From Chiloscyllium plagiosum (lineage: Eukaryota), in contig NC_057718.1 in NCBI RefSeq assembly GCF_004010195.1, positions 61,946,590 through 61,966,589 on the forward strand: a stretch of 20,000 nt of DNA. Direction: 5' to 3'. Both the position numbers and the translations under genes were made by a program. Of this stretch, positions 1 to 9,900 are shown piece after piece. The notes under the pieces are model-generated. The model worked only from the letters and a program-made list of their open reading frames with translations. It was not told the DNA's origin and searched no databases. Within the stretch, counting starts at the first letter, position 1; each line of letters starts with the position of its first letter.

Positions 1-1028
1 ATAGGTCCCTAAACAGTTTGGCAGTAGAGCAAAGTATACATCAGGAAATATTAGAGACTTGCAAGAAAGTTATGGTAATAATCATGAGTGATTTTAACAT
101 ACACATAGATTGGAAGAATCAAATTGGCAAGGGTAGCCTGGATGCACAGGTCATTGAATGCATTAGAGATTATTTCTTGAAGCAGTATGTTGTGGAATCA
201 ACCAGGGAGCAGGCTACTCTGATTTGGTATTGCGTAATGAGGAGAGATTAATTGATGACATCATAGTTAAAGATCCTCTAGGAAGTAGTGACCATAGTGT
301 AATAGAATTCAAAATTCAGTTTAGGGGTGAGAAAGTGGAGTCCCATAGTAATATTCTGGAATTAAACAAAGGAAATTTTATAGGCATGAGGACAAATTTG
401 GCCTGAGTAGATTGGGCAGAAAGGCTAAATAGTTAGACAGCAAATGAGCAGTTGCAAATGGTTAAGGAGCTACTCAATTCCTCACAACTGAAATATATGC
501 CAGTGAGAAAGAAAGATGGTGAGGGAGGATAAAAAACATCCATAGCTAAACAAGAAGGTCAAAGACAATATAAAGTCAAAAGCTCAGGTATAACATATTG
601 CAAAGACCAGTGGCAAACTGGAATATTGGGAAATTTTCAAATATAAACTAAAAAATTAATTCAAAAAAAGCTAAGGTAAATTACGAAAGAAAATTAGCAC
701 AAAATATCAGTGAGGATAGCAAAAATTTTCTATAGGTATATAAAAGAGAAGGGTGTTGCTAAGGTGAATGTTGGTCCATTGGACAGTTAATAGTGGGGAA
801 CACTGAGATGGTAGAGATTCTAAATCAATACTTTGCCTCAGTTTTCACATTGGAGGACAATAGTACAATTGCTATTGGAACGGGCAAGTCAGAGGCAATA
901 AAAAAAAGGTAGAACTTAGAACAATCAAAATTGATAGGGAAAAGGTACAAAGCAAACTTTTAGGATTGAGTCAAAAAGTGTGGTGTTGGAAAAGCACAGC
1001 AGGTCAGGAAGCATCCGAGGAGCAGAAG

Positions 1029-1064
1029 AGTTGACGTTTGAGACATAAGCCTTTCATCAGGAAT
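1029..1064 (-). ncRNA. Degenerate minimal hammerhead ribozyme motif (left arm of the fold-back)
   Basis: Minus strand reads CUGAUGA-aaggcuuaugucu-CAAA-CGUC. The GAAA core is mutated to CAAA, so it is probably inactive. Confidence 0.5.
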
Positions 1065-1215
1065 GGGGGAAGTTCGGGGGTGGCAAGGGAGCTGAGAGAT
1101 AGATAGCTCTACCTATCACCTTCAAAGCTACCTTCCCAGCCCAGCCCCCTCCCATTTATCTCTCAGCCTCCTTGGGCACGCCGCCCCCTTTCCCCACCCC
1201 CACCCCCCCAAACAC

Positions 1216-1251
1216 AGTCCTGATGAAGGGCTTATATCCGAAATGTCGACT
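1216..1251 (+). ncRNA. Minimal type I hammerhead ribozyme motif (PLE-type)
   Basis: AGUC-CUGAUGA-A-GGG cuuaua UCC-GAAA-UGUC-GACU. Stem I is AGUC/GACU, both core boxes are intact, and the GUC cleavage triplet is at 1245-1247. Confidence 0.72.
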
Positions 1252-2215
1252 TTTCTGCTCCTCAGATACTGCCTGACCTGCTGTGCTTTTCCAGCACCAC
1301 ACATTTTGACTCTGAGCTCCAGTATCCTCAGTCCTCACTTTCTCCTGTTAAGATTGAGGGTAGAGAAGTCCCCCAGGCCTAATGGCCTACATCCTAGGGT
1401 ATTAGAGGAAGGGAAAATAGTAGACTGATTAATTACAATATTCAAAAATTCCCTGGCCACACGAAAGGTTCCAGTGGATTGGAAAATGGCTAATGTAACA
1501 CCCTTATTCAAAAATGGAGGGAGGCAAAACATGAGTAATTACAAACCAGTTGGTTTAACATCTGTTGTTGGGGAGGTGTTAGAAACAATTATCAAGGAAG
1601 CAATATCAGGAGATTTGGAAAGTCAAAATGCTATCCATCCGAGTCAGCATGGTTGTTTGAAGTGCAAATCATGTTTGACTAATTTTCTAGAGTTCTTCGA
1701 AGATGTAACAAGCAAAGTGGATAATGGGGATCCTGTAGATATACTATATCTGGCCTTCTGGGAGAATTTTGAAAAGGTGCCCTATGGGATTAGGGGTAAT
1801 TTAATAGCTTGGGCAAATGACTGGCAAGACAGAAGACAGGAAGTCGGCATAAAAGGTATTTTTTCTAGATGGCAAGATGTAACTAGTGGGGTGTCACAGG
1901 TTTCAGTCCTTGGATTCCAGCTATTTACAGTCTACATTAGCAGCTTGGATACAGGGATAGAAGCCACATTTGCCGATGGCACAAAAATAGGCAGGATGGT
2001 AAATTACAATGAGGAAATAAGAACCTTGCAAATGGATATAAGCAGGTTAAGAGAGTAGGCCACAATATGGCAGATGGAGTTTAATGTGGATAAGTGCAAG
2101 GTCATGGATTTGGGTTGAAAAATGAGAAGGCAATCTATTATCTTAATGGGGACAGACTTCAAGATGCTCCGGTGCAGAGGGATCTAGGTGTACTCATTCA
2201 TGAGTGACAGAAAAC

Positions 2216-2380
2216 TAGATTAGATTAGATTACTTACAGTNNNNNNNNNNNNNGGGAGGAAACCGGAGCACCCGGAGGAAACCCACGCAGACACGGGGAG
2301 AACGTGCAAACTCCACACAGTCGGTCGCCTGAGGCGGGAATTGAACCCGGGTCTCTGGTGCTGTGAGGCAGCAGTGCTAA
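2216..2380 (-). mobile_element. HE1-like tRNA-derived SINE, slightly 5'-truncated and spanning an assembly gap
   Basis: Minus strand reads ttagcactgctgcctcacagc...B-box GGTTCAATTCC (2337-2347), then the gtgtggagtttgcacgttctcccc core, ending in an (AATCT)n tail at 2216-2231. Confidence 0.88.
2241..2252. other. Assembly gap (12 N)
   Basis: Run of 12 n inside the SINE; the true length is unknown. Confidence 1.
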
Positions 2381-2591
2381 GATACAGCAGATAATAAAGA
2401 AAGTGAATGGTATGTTGGCTGTTATAACTAAAGGAATAGAATATAAAGGTAAGGAAGTATTGTTGTAAATATACAGGGCACTGTGCACAGTTTTGGTCCC
2501 CTTATTTGAGGAAAGATGTAGTGGCATTGACTGCAGTTCAAAGGAGGTTCACTGGATAGATCTCCGAGATGAGGTTGTTGTTGTGTCATAG

Positions 2592-3308
2592 AGGATAGAA
2601 CATGGAACATTACAGTGCACCACAGGCCCTTCAGCCCTCATGGTTGCACTGTCCTGTGAAACCAATCCAAAGCTCATATAACCTATATTATTCCATTCTC
2701 ATCCATATGTTTATCCAATGACCATTTAAATGCCCTTAACGTTGGTGAGTCAACTACTGTTGTAGGCAAGCATTCCATGCCCTTACTATTCCCTGAGTAA
2801 AGAATCTACCTCTGACATCTGTCCTGTATCCATCACCCCGCAATTTAAAGCTATGTCCCCCCGTGGTAGCCACCACCATCTGCAGAAAAAGGCTCTCACT
2901 GTCCACCCTATCTAATCTGCTGATCATCTCGTATGTCTCTATTATGTCACCTCTCAACCTTCTTCTCTCTAACAAAAACAGCCTCAAGTCCCTCAGCTTT
3001 TCCTCATAAGACCTTCCCTCCATACCAGGCAACATCCTGATAAATGTCCTCTGCAACTTTTCTAATGCTTCCACACCGTTTCTATAATGCGATGACCAGA
3101 ACTGTATGCAATACTCCAAGTGAGAACACACCAGAGGTTTGTACAGCTGCAACATGATCTCATGTCTCAAAAATTCAATCCCTCTACCACTTATGCCTTC
3201 TTAACAACCCTATTGACCTGGGTAGCAACTTTCATGGATCTATGCACATGGACACTGAGATCTTTCTGCTCATCCACACAACCAAGAATCTGACCATTAG
3301 TGCAGTAA
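2592..3308 (-). mobile_element. 5'-truncated CR1 LINE 3' fragment inserted antisense into the host CR1
   Basis: ORF 2754-3170 (LYKPLVCSHLEYCIQFWS...LERRRLRGD...GHSFKL...FFTQ..VRAWN) is the CR1 ORF2 C-terminus. It is followed by the 3' UTR and a gttctat-type tail near 2592-2610. Confidence 0.92.
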
Positions 3309-3829
3309 TGAGTATCAAGAGCATCAAGCCCAGTGACAAGAGATATTGAACAGTTTAGGCCTGTACTCTCTTGAATTTAGAAATTTAGAAGAATGAGTGG
3401 AGGTCAAATTGAGGTATTCAAGATGATAAAACATGTGGATAAAATAGAGGTGGAGCAGATGCTTCCTCTTGTATGACATTTTAGGACAAGAGGCCATAGT
3501 CTTAGGATAAAGAGTAGCAAACTAAAAACAGAGTTGAGACGAAACTACTTCTCCCAAGGTTGTGAATCTGTGGAATTTGCTATCCCAAAGTGCGATGGAT
3601 GCTGGGGCATTGAGTAAATTTAAGGAGGTCTAAGATAGATTTTTAATTGGCAAATGGTTTGAAGGGATATAGAGAGAAGGCAGGAAAATGGAGATGAAGA
3701 GCATATGAGTCATGATTGAATGGTGCTGCAAACTCGATGGGCAAAATGGCGTAATTTGGCTCCTTTATCAATCTACAATGAACTTATCAATCCACAAGAT
3801 GTACTACAATAACTGACTAATCTCCTTTG

Positions 3830-4890
3830 ATAGATTTTAGAAATACATGATATAATCAGACAAAATTAGTATAGCTTCATGAAGGAAAAATTATGTCTGA
3901 CAAATTTATTAGAATTCTTTGAGGAGATAACAAGCAAGATAGATAAAGGGAAAGCAGTGGATGTAATATACTTAGATTTCCAGAAGGTGTTTGATAAGGC
4001 ACCACACATGAGGCTATTTAATATGATAATAGCCAATGATATTTGGGACAGCATATTAACATGAGAGTTGGTTAATGGGGATTCTTGCAGGATGGCAAAC
4101 AGTATCAGTGCCACAGGAGTCACTGCTGGAGTCACAAGTATTCATAGTAGATATTAATAACTTGGATGAGGAAACATACTATCACCACATGATAGTACAT
4201 CCAGATCCACAAAACATGAGGTTTGTGGATGACAAAAACATATTTGGGAAAGTAAGTAGTAAAGAAGAATCTGCAGGGGAATACAAGCAGGTTGAGCAAG
4301 TGGGCAAAACCTTGACAGATGGAACGCAGATGGGAAAATGGGAGGCTATGAACTTTGGCAAGGAAAAGAGGAGCTGAATATTACTGAGACAGAGAAACAC
4401 TGCAGCAAGCTGCAGTACACAGGGATTTGGGAGTCTTCATAAATAAATTACACAAAGCAGTGGTTCGTACATACCTGGAATAGAACATAGAACATAGAAC
4501 ATAGAACATAGAAGAATACAGATGAACAGTTTTGTTCCCCTTATCTGAGGAAAGGTAGACTGGCATTGGATGTTTCACAAGTTTCACAAAGGTTGATCCT
4601 GGATATGGAAGGATTGTCATCTGAGGAGAAATTGAGTAGGAGTGTGGAGAATGAGAGACAACATTATTGAAACATCCTGGATTCTCTGGGGGCTTGGCAG
4701 AACAGATGAAGAGAAGTTATCTCTCCTTGAGGGATAGTCGAAGACCAGAGGGCATAATCTCAAAGTAAGGGGTCACCCAGCTGAGTCAGAGATGAAGGGG
4801 AATTTCTTCTTTCAGTGGATAATGAATGTGTGGAATTCTTTACCATACAGGGTTTAGAGGTTGGGTTGGTAGCATATTAAAGGATGATGC
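3830..4890 (+). mobile_element. Second degenerate, internally deleted CR1 LINE fragment (RT to C-terminus)
   Basis: Motifs CLTNLLEFFEEIT..D.GKAVDVIYLDFQKVFDK.PH, VPQESLL and FVDDK, then the TRGHNLK-type C-terminus near 4740-4830. Confidence 0.88.
4480..4513. repeat. (ATAGAAC)x4.9 tandem repeat resembling a CR1 3' tail on the minus strand
   Basis: Perfect 7-mer array; the same unit type ends the CR1 at ~2600. Confidence 0.85.
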
Positions 4891-5013
4891 GTTATGAAAT
4901 AAGCTTTTCAATTCACCAGTATGTTATGCACAAAATCTATATGCTTTCAAAATATGAGTTCATCCTAGAATATTACAATACACAATGAGAAATGACTGAC
5001 TGAAATTTTTATA

Positions 5014-5181
5014 TTAGATTAGATTCCCTACAGTGTGGAAACAGGCCCTTCAGCCCAACCTGACCCATTTCCCTCTGACTAATGCACCTAACACTATGGG
5101 CAATTGAGCATGGGCTGGAATTGAACCTGGGACCCTGGTGCTATGAGGCAGCAGTGCTAACCATCGAGCCACCGTGCCACC
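5014..5181 (-). mobile_element. HE1-like SINE with internal deletions
   Basis: Minus strand has the tRNA-like head ggtggcacggtggctcgatggttagcactgctgcc, B-box ggttcaattcc, a CR1-like 3' end (tttccacactgtagg) and an aatctaatctaa tail. Confidence 0.85.
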
Positions 5182-5266
5182 TATAGTCATTGGTCACACT
5201 CCATAGTTAAATCAGCAACTTGATTCTTGGGCTTTAATCTTACTTTAATTTCTTTTATATAGAACT

Positions 5267-5567
5267 GCCTACAGTGTGGAAATAGGCTATTCAGTCCAAA
5301 AATCCACACTGACACTTGGAAGAGCATGCCACTCAGATTTGCATCCCCCCCACTCCACCACCCCATCCCTGTAACTCTGCATTTCCCATGGCTAATCCAC
5401 CTAAACTACACATCCTTGGACACTATGGGCAACTTAGCATTGCCAAAATATCTAACCTGAATACCTTTGGATTGTGGGAGGAAACTCACACAGACACAGG
5501 AAGAATGTGCGAACTTCACACAGACAGCTGTCCAGGGTTGTGTGCCACTGAGCCACTGTGCCACCCC
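5267..5567 (-). mobile_element. Older HE1-like SINE with the B-box segment deleted
   Basis: Head gggtggcacagtggctcagtgg, core ctgtgtgaagttcgcacattcttcc, and 3' end tttccacactgtagg, homologous to the neighbouring SINEs. Confidence 0.8.
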
Positions 5568-5859
5568 ATATTAATGTACATCTGAAATCTTCACACAATT
5601 CGTAAGCTGCAGCATAACCACAGCAAAAAAAAATCATTAGGCTTCTAAAATACATGAAATTATCAACACAAGAAGATGCTACAGAAACTTGCACTGAATA
5701 GCTAAGGCAGTTGAACACATGTCATGCGTTTCTGTCCAAAGGTTGCTTTGGCTCCTTGTCTGTTGATGCTACACCCTAAGTTGTTTTCTCAATGGTTTTT
5801 GTTAATGGGTTTTTGCCAATGTTTTCCATTCTCAGGAGTAGGGTGAGAAAGCAGGGCTC

Positions 5860-5950
5860 ATGTCAGTCTCAATCAGAACAGGAATTAAATGCATGTCATT
5901 TGCATTATTGTAAACCACATGATAGCCATCTAGCCAATTGAGTTAAATAG
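5860..5950 (-). mobile_element. Highly decayed tRNA-derived SINE head of a different family
   Basis: Minus strand shows an A-box-like taactcaattggctagatggc and a decayed B-box-like atttaattcc about 50 nt downstream. Confidence 0.4.
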
Positions 5951-6639
5951 CCTTTATCAGCAGTTTTATGGGGTATAAATGTTAATTACCAAAACGATCA
6001 ACTACTATTAAAAAGCAAACAATTAATTATAACAAAACAAACAAAACATCAAACAAACTAGGAAGGGGGGATAACTTCCTGTTCTAAGGCAGAGTAAAGT
6101 GGACAGAAGTGAAATTCTTGAGGACAGTGAAGTGTAGCCCATCTAAGAAAAATATTAAAAATAAATGGCCAGTGGCACAATGGTACAACACACTATGAGA
6201 ATTCCTATCTGGTGAATGCTTAAATTTGGTACTGCCTTAACACCTTTCAGTGTTCAGACTTCCTATGAGTGTGAAAATAATAGGGATGGTTGGGAAGTAC
6301 TTGCTGCATTGAACAATAATTCATTTCACTATTAATAGGCTGGAAAAAATAGTCATAAAATCTCTTTAACTGATGGACAAATAAACTTTGACTGACAATA
6401 TATTTCAGTCTTCAACTTGGTATTCTTTACTAAGCAATTAAAGATGCAAAGAGAAGAACATACAACATATTTCACATTGAAGGTAAAACTTTATTCAATT
6501 CACAGTCCCATTTCTGTGGTGTTTGATTGAAGGGTGATGCAACTGTTCCTCTTTCCTTAATTTGGTCAAAGGGGAAATTCACAGTGGTAGAGAAATAGCT
6601 ACAAACGAATCTTAACAAGAAGAAGCTCTTAGAGTCATT

Positions 6640-6943
6640 GTCATAGAGTCATAGATCTAATATATTTTATGACAGCAATTAATTTGCATTAGCTAGTGAG
6701 ATATTGTTACTAAGTCAGTTGGAAAACATTGATTGTGCATCTGTTCCCTTTCAAGATCACAAGCTATTCTACTGATTTCTCCGCCCAAGACTATATGACA
6801 TCATCAGATTAAGTGGAGTTTAATGTACATCCTAGCTTAACCCTTCCAGAACAATTACCTTGTACAAAATCACCCCTCAGCCTTTTTCCCTTATTGTTAA
6901 TATTTATACATTCATGTATATAATTACATTTGCTACTATCTTA
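6640..6943 (-). repeat. 3' LTR of the minus-strand Gypsy element
   Basis: 6653-6868 aligns collinearly with 11361-11643, e.g. tgcattagctagtgagatattgttactaag vs tacatcagccaatcaggtattgttagtaag and tatgacatcatcagatt vs tatgacatcgttagatt. Boundaries are approximate. Confidence 0.7.
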
Positions 6944-6958
6944 TCTTCCCTCAAGTCT
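6944..6958 (-). promoter_or_regulatory. Putative polypurine tract
   Basis: Minus strand reads agacttGAGGGAAGA at the inferred start of the 3' LTR. Confidence 0.5.
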
Positions 6959-7189
6959 CTGATTTCACATATTTAACCAGTGTGGTGGTTTCAAAATATT
7001 TCCAAACTACATTCTCTTCAGAGCTGGAAGATTGTTAGGTCTTTCCCTTGAGGACTGTTGACCTTGAGTCTGATCATGTCCTTAATTCTAATCTTGACTT
7101 TGTATCGTCTGCAGAATGTTATCGTTATGATGGTGCTCATTGGATTTGTCTCAATCAATCATTGATGAACAGTTTCTCTGTGAGAATAG

Positions 7190-7385
7190 AATACTGAATG
7201 GACTCACAAACTCTTAACATTCGCCCATACCTGCATTTTTGTTTTTGCCGCTGTTTACCTATTATTTACTTACTTATGCTACTTAACTCTGTGATCTGCC
7301 TGTATTACTTGCAAGACAAAACTTTTCACTGTGCCTCGGTACATGTGACAATAATTTCAATTCAATTCAATTCAGTTCAATTCAA
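7190..7385 (+). mobile_element. 3' end of a Rex1/Babar-like non-LTR retrotransposon with an (ATTCA)n tail, inserted in the Gypsy 3' region
   Basis: Terminal motif cttttcactgtgcctcggtacatgtgacaataa followed by ttcaattcaattcaattcagttcaattcaa. The family is assigned from recognition of this terminal motif. Confidence 0.65.
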
Positions 7386-7399
7386 ATGGGTTCCTGTCT

Positions 7400-8240
7400 T
7401 TCCTCCCTAAACCTTCCTCAGCTATATGAACAAAATAAAAATACGGCTTGTCCACTTCCTTATGAATGACCACCTTATCCCTTTTATACCATGATGAATA
7501 GCAATAGTTCTTTATAGTGAGTAGCGTTCTGCTCCTAGTGAAATTGCTCCTTCTTACAAAAGTCGTCATAGGTGTTAGACTCAACTGGGTAGTTGAGCAG
7601 TTGGATTTCTGAACAACATTATTTATGGTGGGTGAACAAGGCTATATAAAAGTTAACATTTTTCTATAATAGGAATTCAACTATCTGAACCCCATGCTCA
7701 ACGTTTCCAATCAGCTGTGAGTGTCAGAGTGAGCTTGCTCCATTTTCAAATTCAGGACTGGTTCCAAGTGGGATGTAAGATTCATTAGTAAATCTTCGAA
7801 TATCTGACACAAACACACCAGGGGTCCCATGTATAGTGAATATTTCATGCAAAGCCTGATAACTGCTTCTGATGAGGTATGTAACTTTTCTACTTCAATC
7901 CACCAAGAATATGTTTGTTCATGTAAACACGTCTGTTCCCATTTGTCCCCTCGGTCTATTGGAGTGAATATCGAGGATCAGTGGTTCTCTGTTTAGCCCT
8001 ATGAAGAGTAAATTTCACAGTCAGCTAAGAGGTCCTCCATCTCCTTTGTGATCCTCATGCAGACAATCGAACCATGGCACTGCTTTGGGTAATCTCCAAA
8101 TATCAAGGATATCTTGCCATGCTGAAGCTGGAATGACTAGTGTTTCATCAAACACCAGCAAGTTATCTGTAATTGTGAAACACTGTTGATGCTCAAAACA
8201 AGGCTGAATAACCAATCCACTGGGCCTTTGGTCTGCCAAA
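7400..8240 (-). pseudogene. Gypsy integrase-region remnant
   Basis: Broken frames give FTITDNLLVFDETLVIPAS, YSWWIEVEKLHTSSEAVI, EIFTIHGTPGVFVSD and SSL*HSQLIGNVEHGVQ (cf. FATHGIP..VVSDNG and SSP.HPQSNG.VER.VQ). Confidence 0.8.
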
Positions 8241-8379
8241 CCTCAATAAAATATTAATGAATGCCAACATGTTATCAGTCCTACTTTTGTTTCTGTTGTG
8301 TCTGATTGAGCACATTTTGGGTTATTGACCACAGTGCTACTATGACCTGAATATATTATTCAATCTCATTAACAAATCC

Positions 8380-8920
8380 CTCCTCCCATGTGGTAAGACT
8401 GTTAACTGGGAATGCATCTACCACCATTTGCAGCTTCACTTGGAAATTTTCCATTCCTGGAAAACCACGCAATGCAGAGGTAGAATCAGAATCTCAGTAT
8501 TCAGGGAGCCAAATTTGCAAACACTTTCTCATCAAATAGAGAGGCCAATGGTTTATTGTTCATCTCTAACAACACTTTCAGGCTAAGGATATACTTTGAA
8601 AATCTTTCACATGCCTTTAACTGGAGCATTTTCAGCTGAGATATTTGTTTGGATTGTATGTGCCAGTATATCTGTGGATGTCAACACGTCCTTGATTTTC
8701 AGAAAGCATCTTCATGATATGAGTCGTAGCACCATCTTTGAATCTTCTTGAAGAATTGACTCAGTGGTAGTTACCTAGTGAGGCAAAACTTCACCAGCCA
8801 GTCTACGATGCTTAGAAAGCTAGACAGGTTCTGAACTGGTTTCAGGTTGGATAATTGCTTAACAGCCTTTATATTCTGTGGGTCTGAGATAAATCCATTT
8901 TTATTAATAATGTTTTCCAA
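8380..8920 (-). pseudogene. Gypsy RT C-terminus / RNase H remnant
   Basis: NGFISDPQNIKAVKQL...LSSFLSIVDWLVKF (cf. GI..DP.K..AI...L..FLGMVN.L.KF), followed by decayed RNase H-like sequence. Confidence 0.7.
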
Positions 8921-8924
8921 CACA

Positions 8925-9143
8925 GAGCATGGTATATGTATGGAATGAGCTGCCAGAGGAAGTGGTGGAGACTGGTGCAATGGCAACATTTAAGAAGCAT
9001 TTGGATGGGTATATAAATTAGAAGGGTTGGAGGATATGGCCCAGGTGCTGGCAGGTGGGACTAGATTGGGTTGGGATATCTGGTCGGCATGGACGGGTTG
9101 GACCAAAGGGTCTGTTTCCATGCTGTACATCTCTATGACTCTT
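8925..9143 (+). mobile_element. Short CR1 3' fragment inserted in Gypsy pol
   Basis: WNELPEEVVE..AMATFKKHLDGY plus a 3' UTR ending ctctatgactct; same subfamily as 11648-12023. Confidence 0.9.
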
Positions 9144-9599
9144 TGACTATGACAAGGGAATGGATCCCAAATGGCAGTCTATTGATGTAAAATCTTCTAA
9201 ATGGAATGGTGAAGATAGTATATAATCTTGACTGTTATCTAAAGGTATCTGGATGGTGAAATTGGGTGGATTCTCTTGCCTTATTGAGCTCTGTTGAGTC
9301 AATGCATATTCTGATGGACAGTAGGATTTGGGTGCCGTGGCCATGTCTGAACGCCATTTAGCTGTGTCATGAGGGAACTAATGCCCTTTCTGACCATTTC
9401 TTCAATAGAGACAAAGTTTGAGGCCGTACAGAGACAAAGTTTAACATCCTTCTTTAATGTGATGCCATATTCAGCACTGCATTTCCCTCATTCTGTAAAT
9501 AATTTAGGGCTGCATTTCTGAAAGGAGTTTTTATTCCTGCACTGTTAAACATTTTCACCTTTGAAGAAAGTTGAAGGCAAAATTTGTCATCTTGCTCAA

Positions 9600-9900
9600 G
9601 AGTGAGGTTTCTTCATTTTGAGTTATGTACACATTATCCACCAATCGGTACCCTTTGCTTTCCCATGATAAGATTATCCTTCTTCTGTTGGGATTTGATG
9701 GTTCTTCTTCTTGATTTCTGCTTCCAGCACAATTTGAATAATTTCCTCCAAAATCAAATATTCTTCAGACAGTAATAAATCTGAAAAACTCTCATCAATA
9801 AATCCAATAACAATTCTGTCTATTATCAATGCTGTTTTCAAAGCTCCATAACCAAATGTCCACCTATCTGTAGAGATCACAAATTAATTTTTTCATGGAT
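9600..9900 (-). pseudogene. Gypsy gag remnant
   Basis: FGYGALKTALIIDRIVIGFIDESFSDLLLSEEYLILEEIIQIVLEAE matches the YG.L...LIRDRIV.G..D..LS..L....LTLEKA gag motif. Confidence 0.8.

Larger units (their letters stand above)
971..1344. mobile_element. Penelope-like element-derived fold-back (inverted pseudo-LTR arms) inserted into the CR1
   Basis: 968-1062 is the reverse complement of 1219-1313, with weaker extension inward. It is flanked by a 14-bp duplication, cttttaggattgag (957-970) / ctgttaagattgag (1345-1358), and the CR1 reading KLLGLRV-KSP resumes across it. Confidence 0.85.
1..3770 (+). mobile_element. Degenerate CR1-clade LINE (ORF2 endonuclease, RT and 3' UTR), running off the window's left edge and interrupted by three younger insertions
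   Basis: Frameshifted ORF2 motifs occur in order: APE endonuclease SDFN(GDFN)..DW and DPLGSSDH (18-406), then KSPRPNGLHPRVL, DWKMANVTPLFKNG, YKPVGLTS, QHG, GVSQVSVLG and FADGT (1359-2058). The C-terminus and 3' UTR lie at ~3340-3770. Host segments are about 1-970, 1345-2219, 2381-2590 and 3340-3770. Confidence 0.93.

Noticed and set aside
1474..2058. 194-aa ORF as a functional reverse transcriptase
   Set aside because: Internal deletions, the catalytic FADD is mutated to FADG, and it is flanked by stops and frameshifts.
2330..2380. tRNA gene (also 5110-5181)
   Set aside because: The A/B-box sequence is a SINE head attached to a SINE body and tail; there is no complete cloverleaf.
4177..4197. 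Perfect 8-bp hairpin tactatca-ccaca-tgatagta
   Set aside because: Short and isolated; no functional context can be supported.
5950..6620. AT-rich unassigned stretch as an exon or regulatory element
   Set aside because: No ORF, convincing splice pair or recognisable motif.
9407..9442. 13-bp direct repeat agagacaaagttt with a 10-bp spacer (CRISPR-like or TSD)
   Set aside because: Only two units, in eukaryotic retroelement debris; most simply a local duplication.
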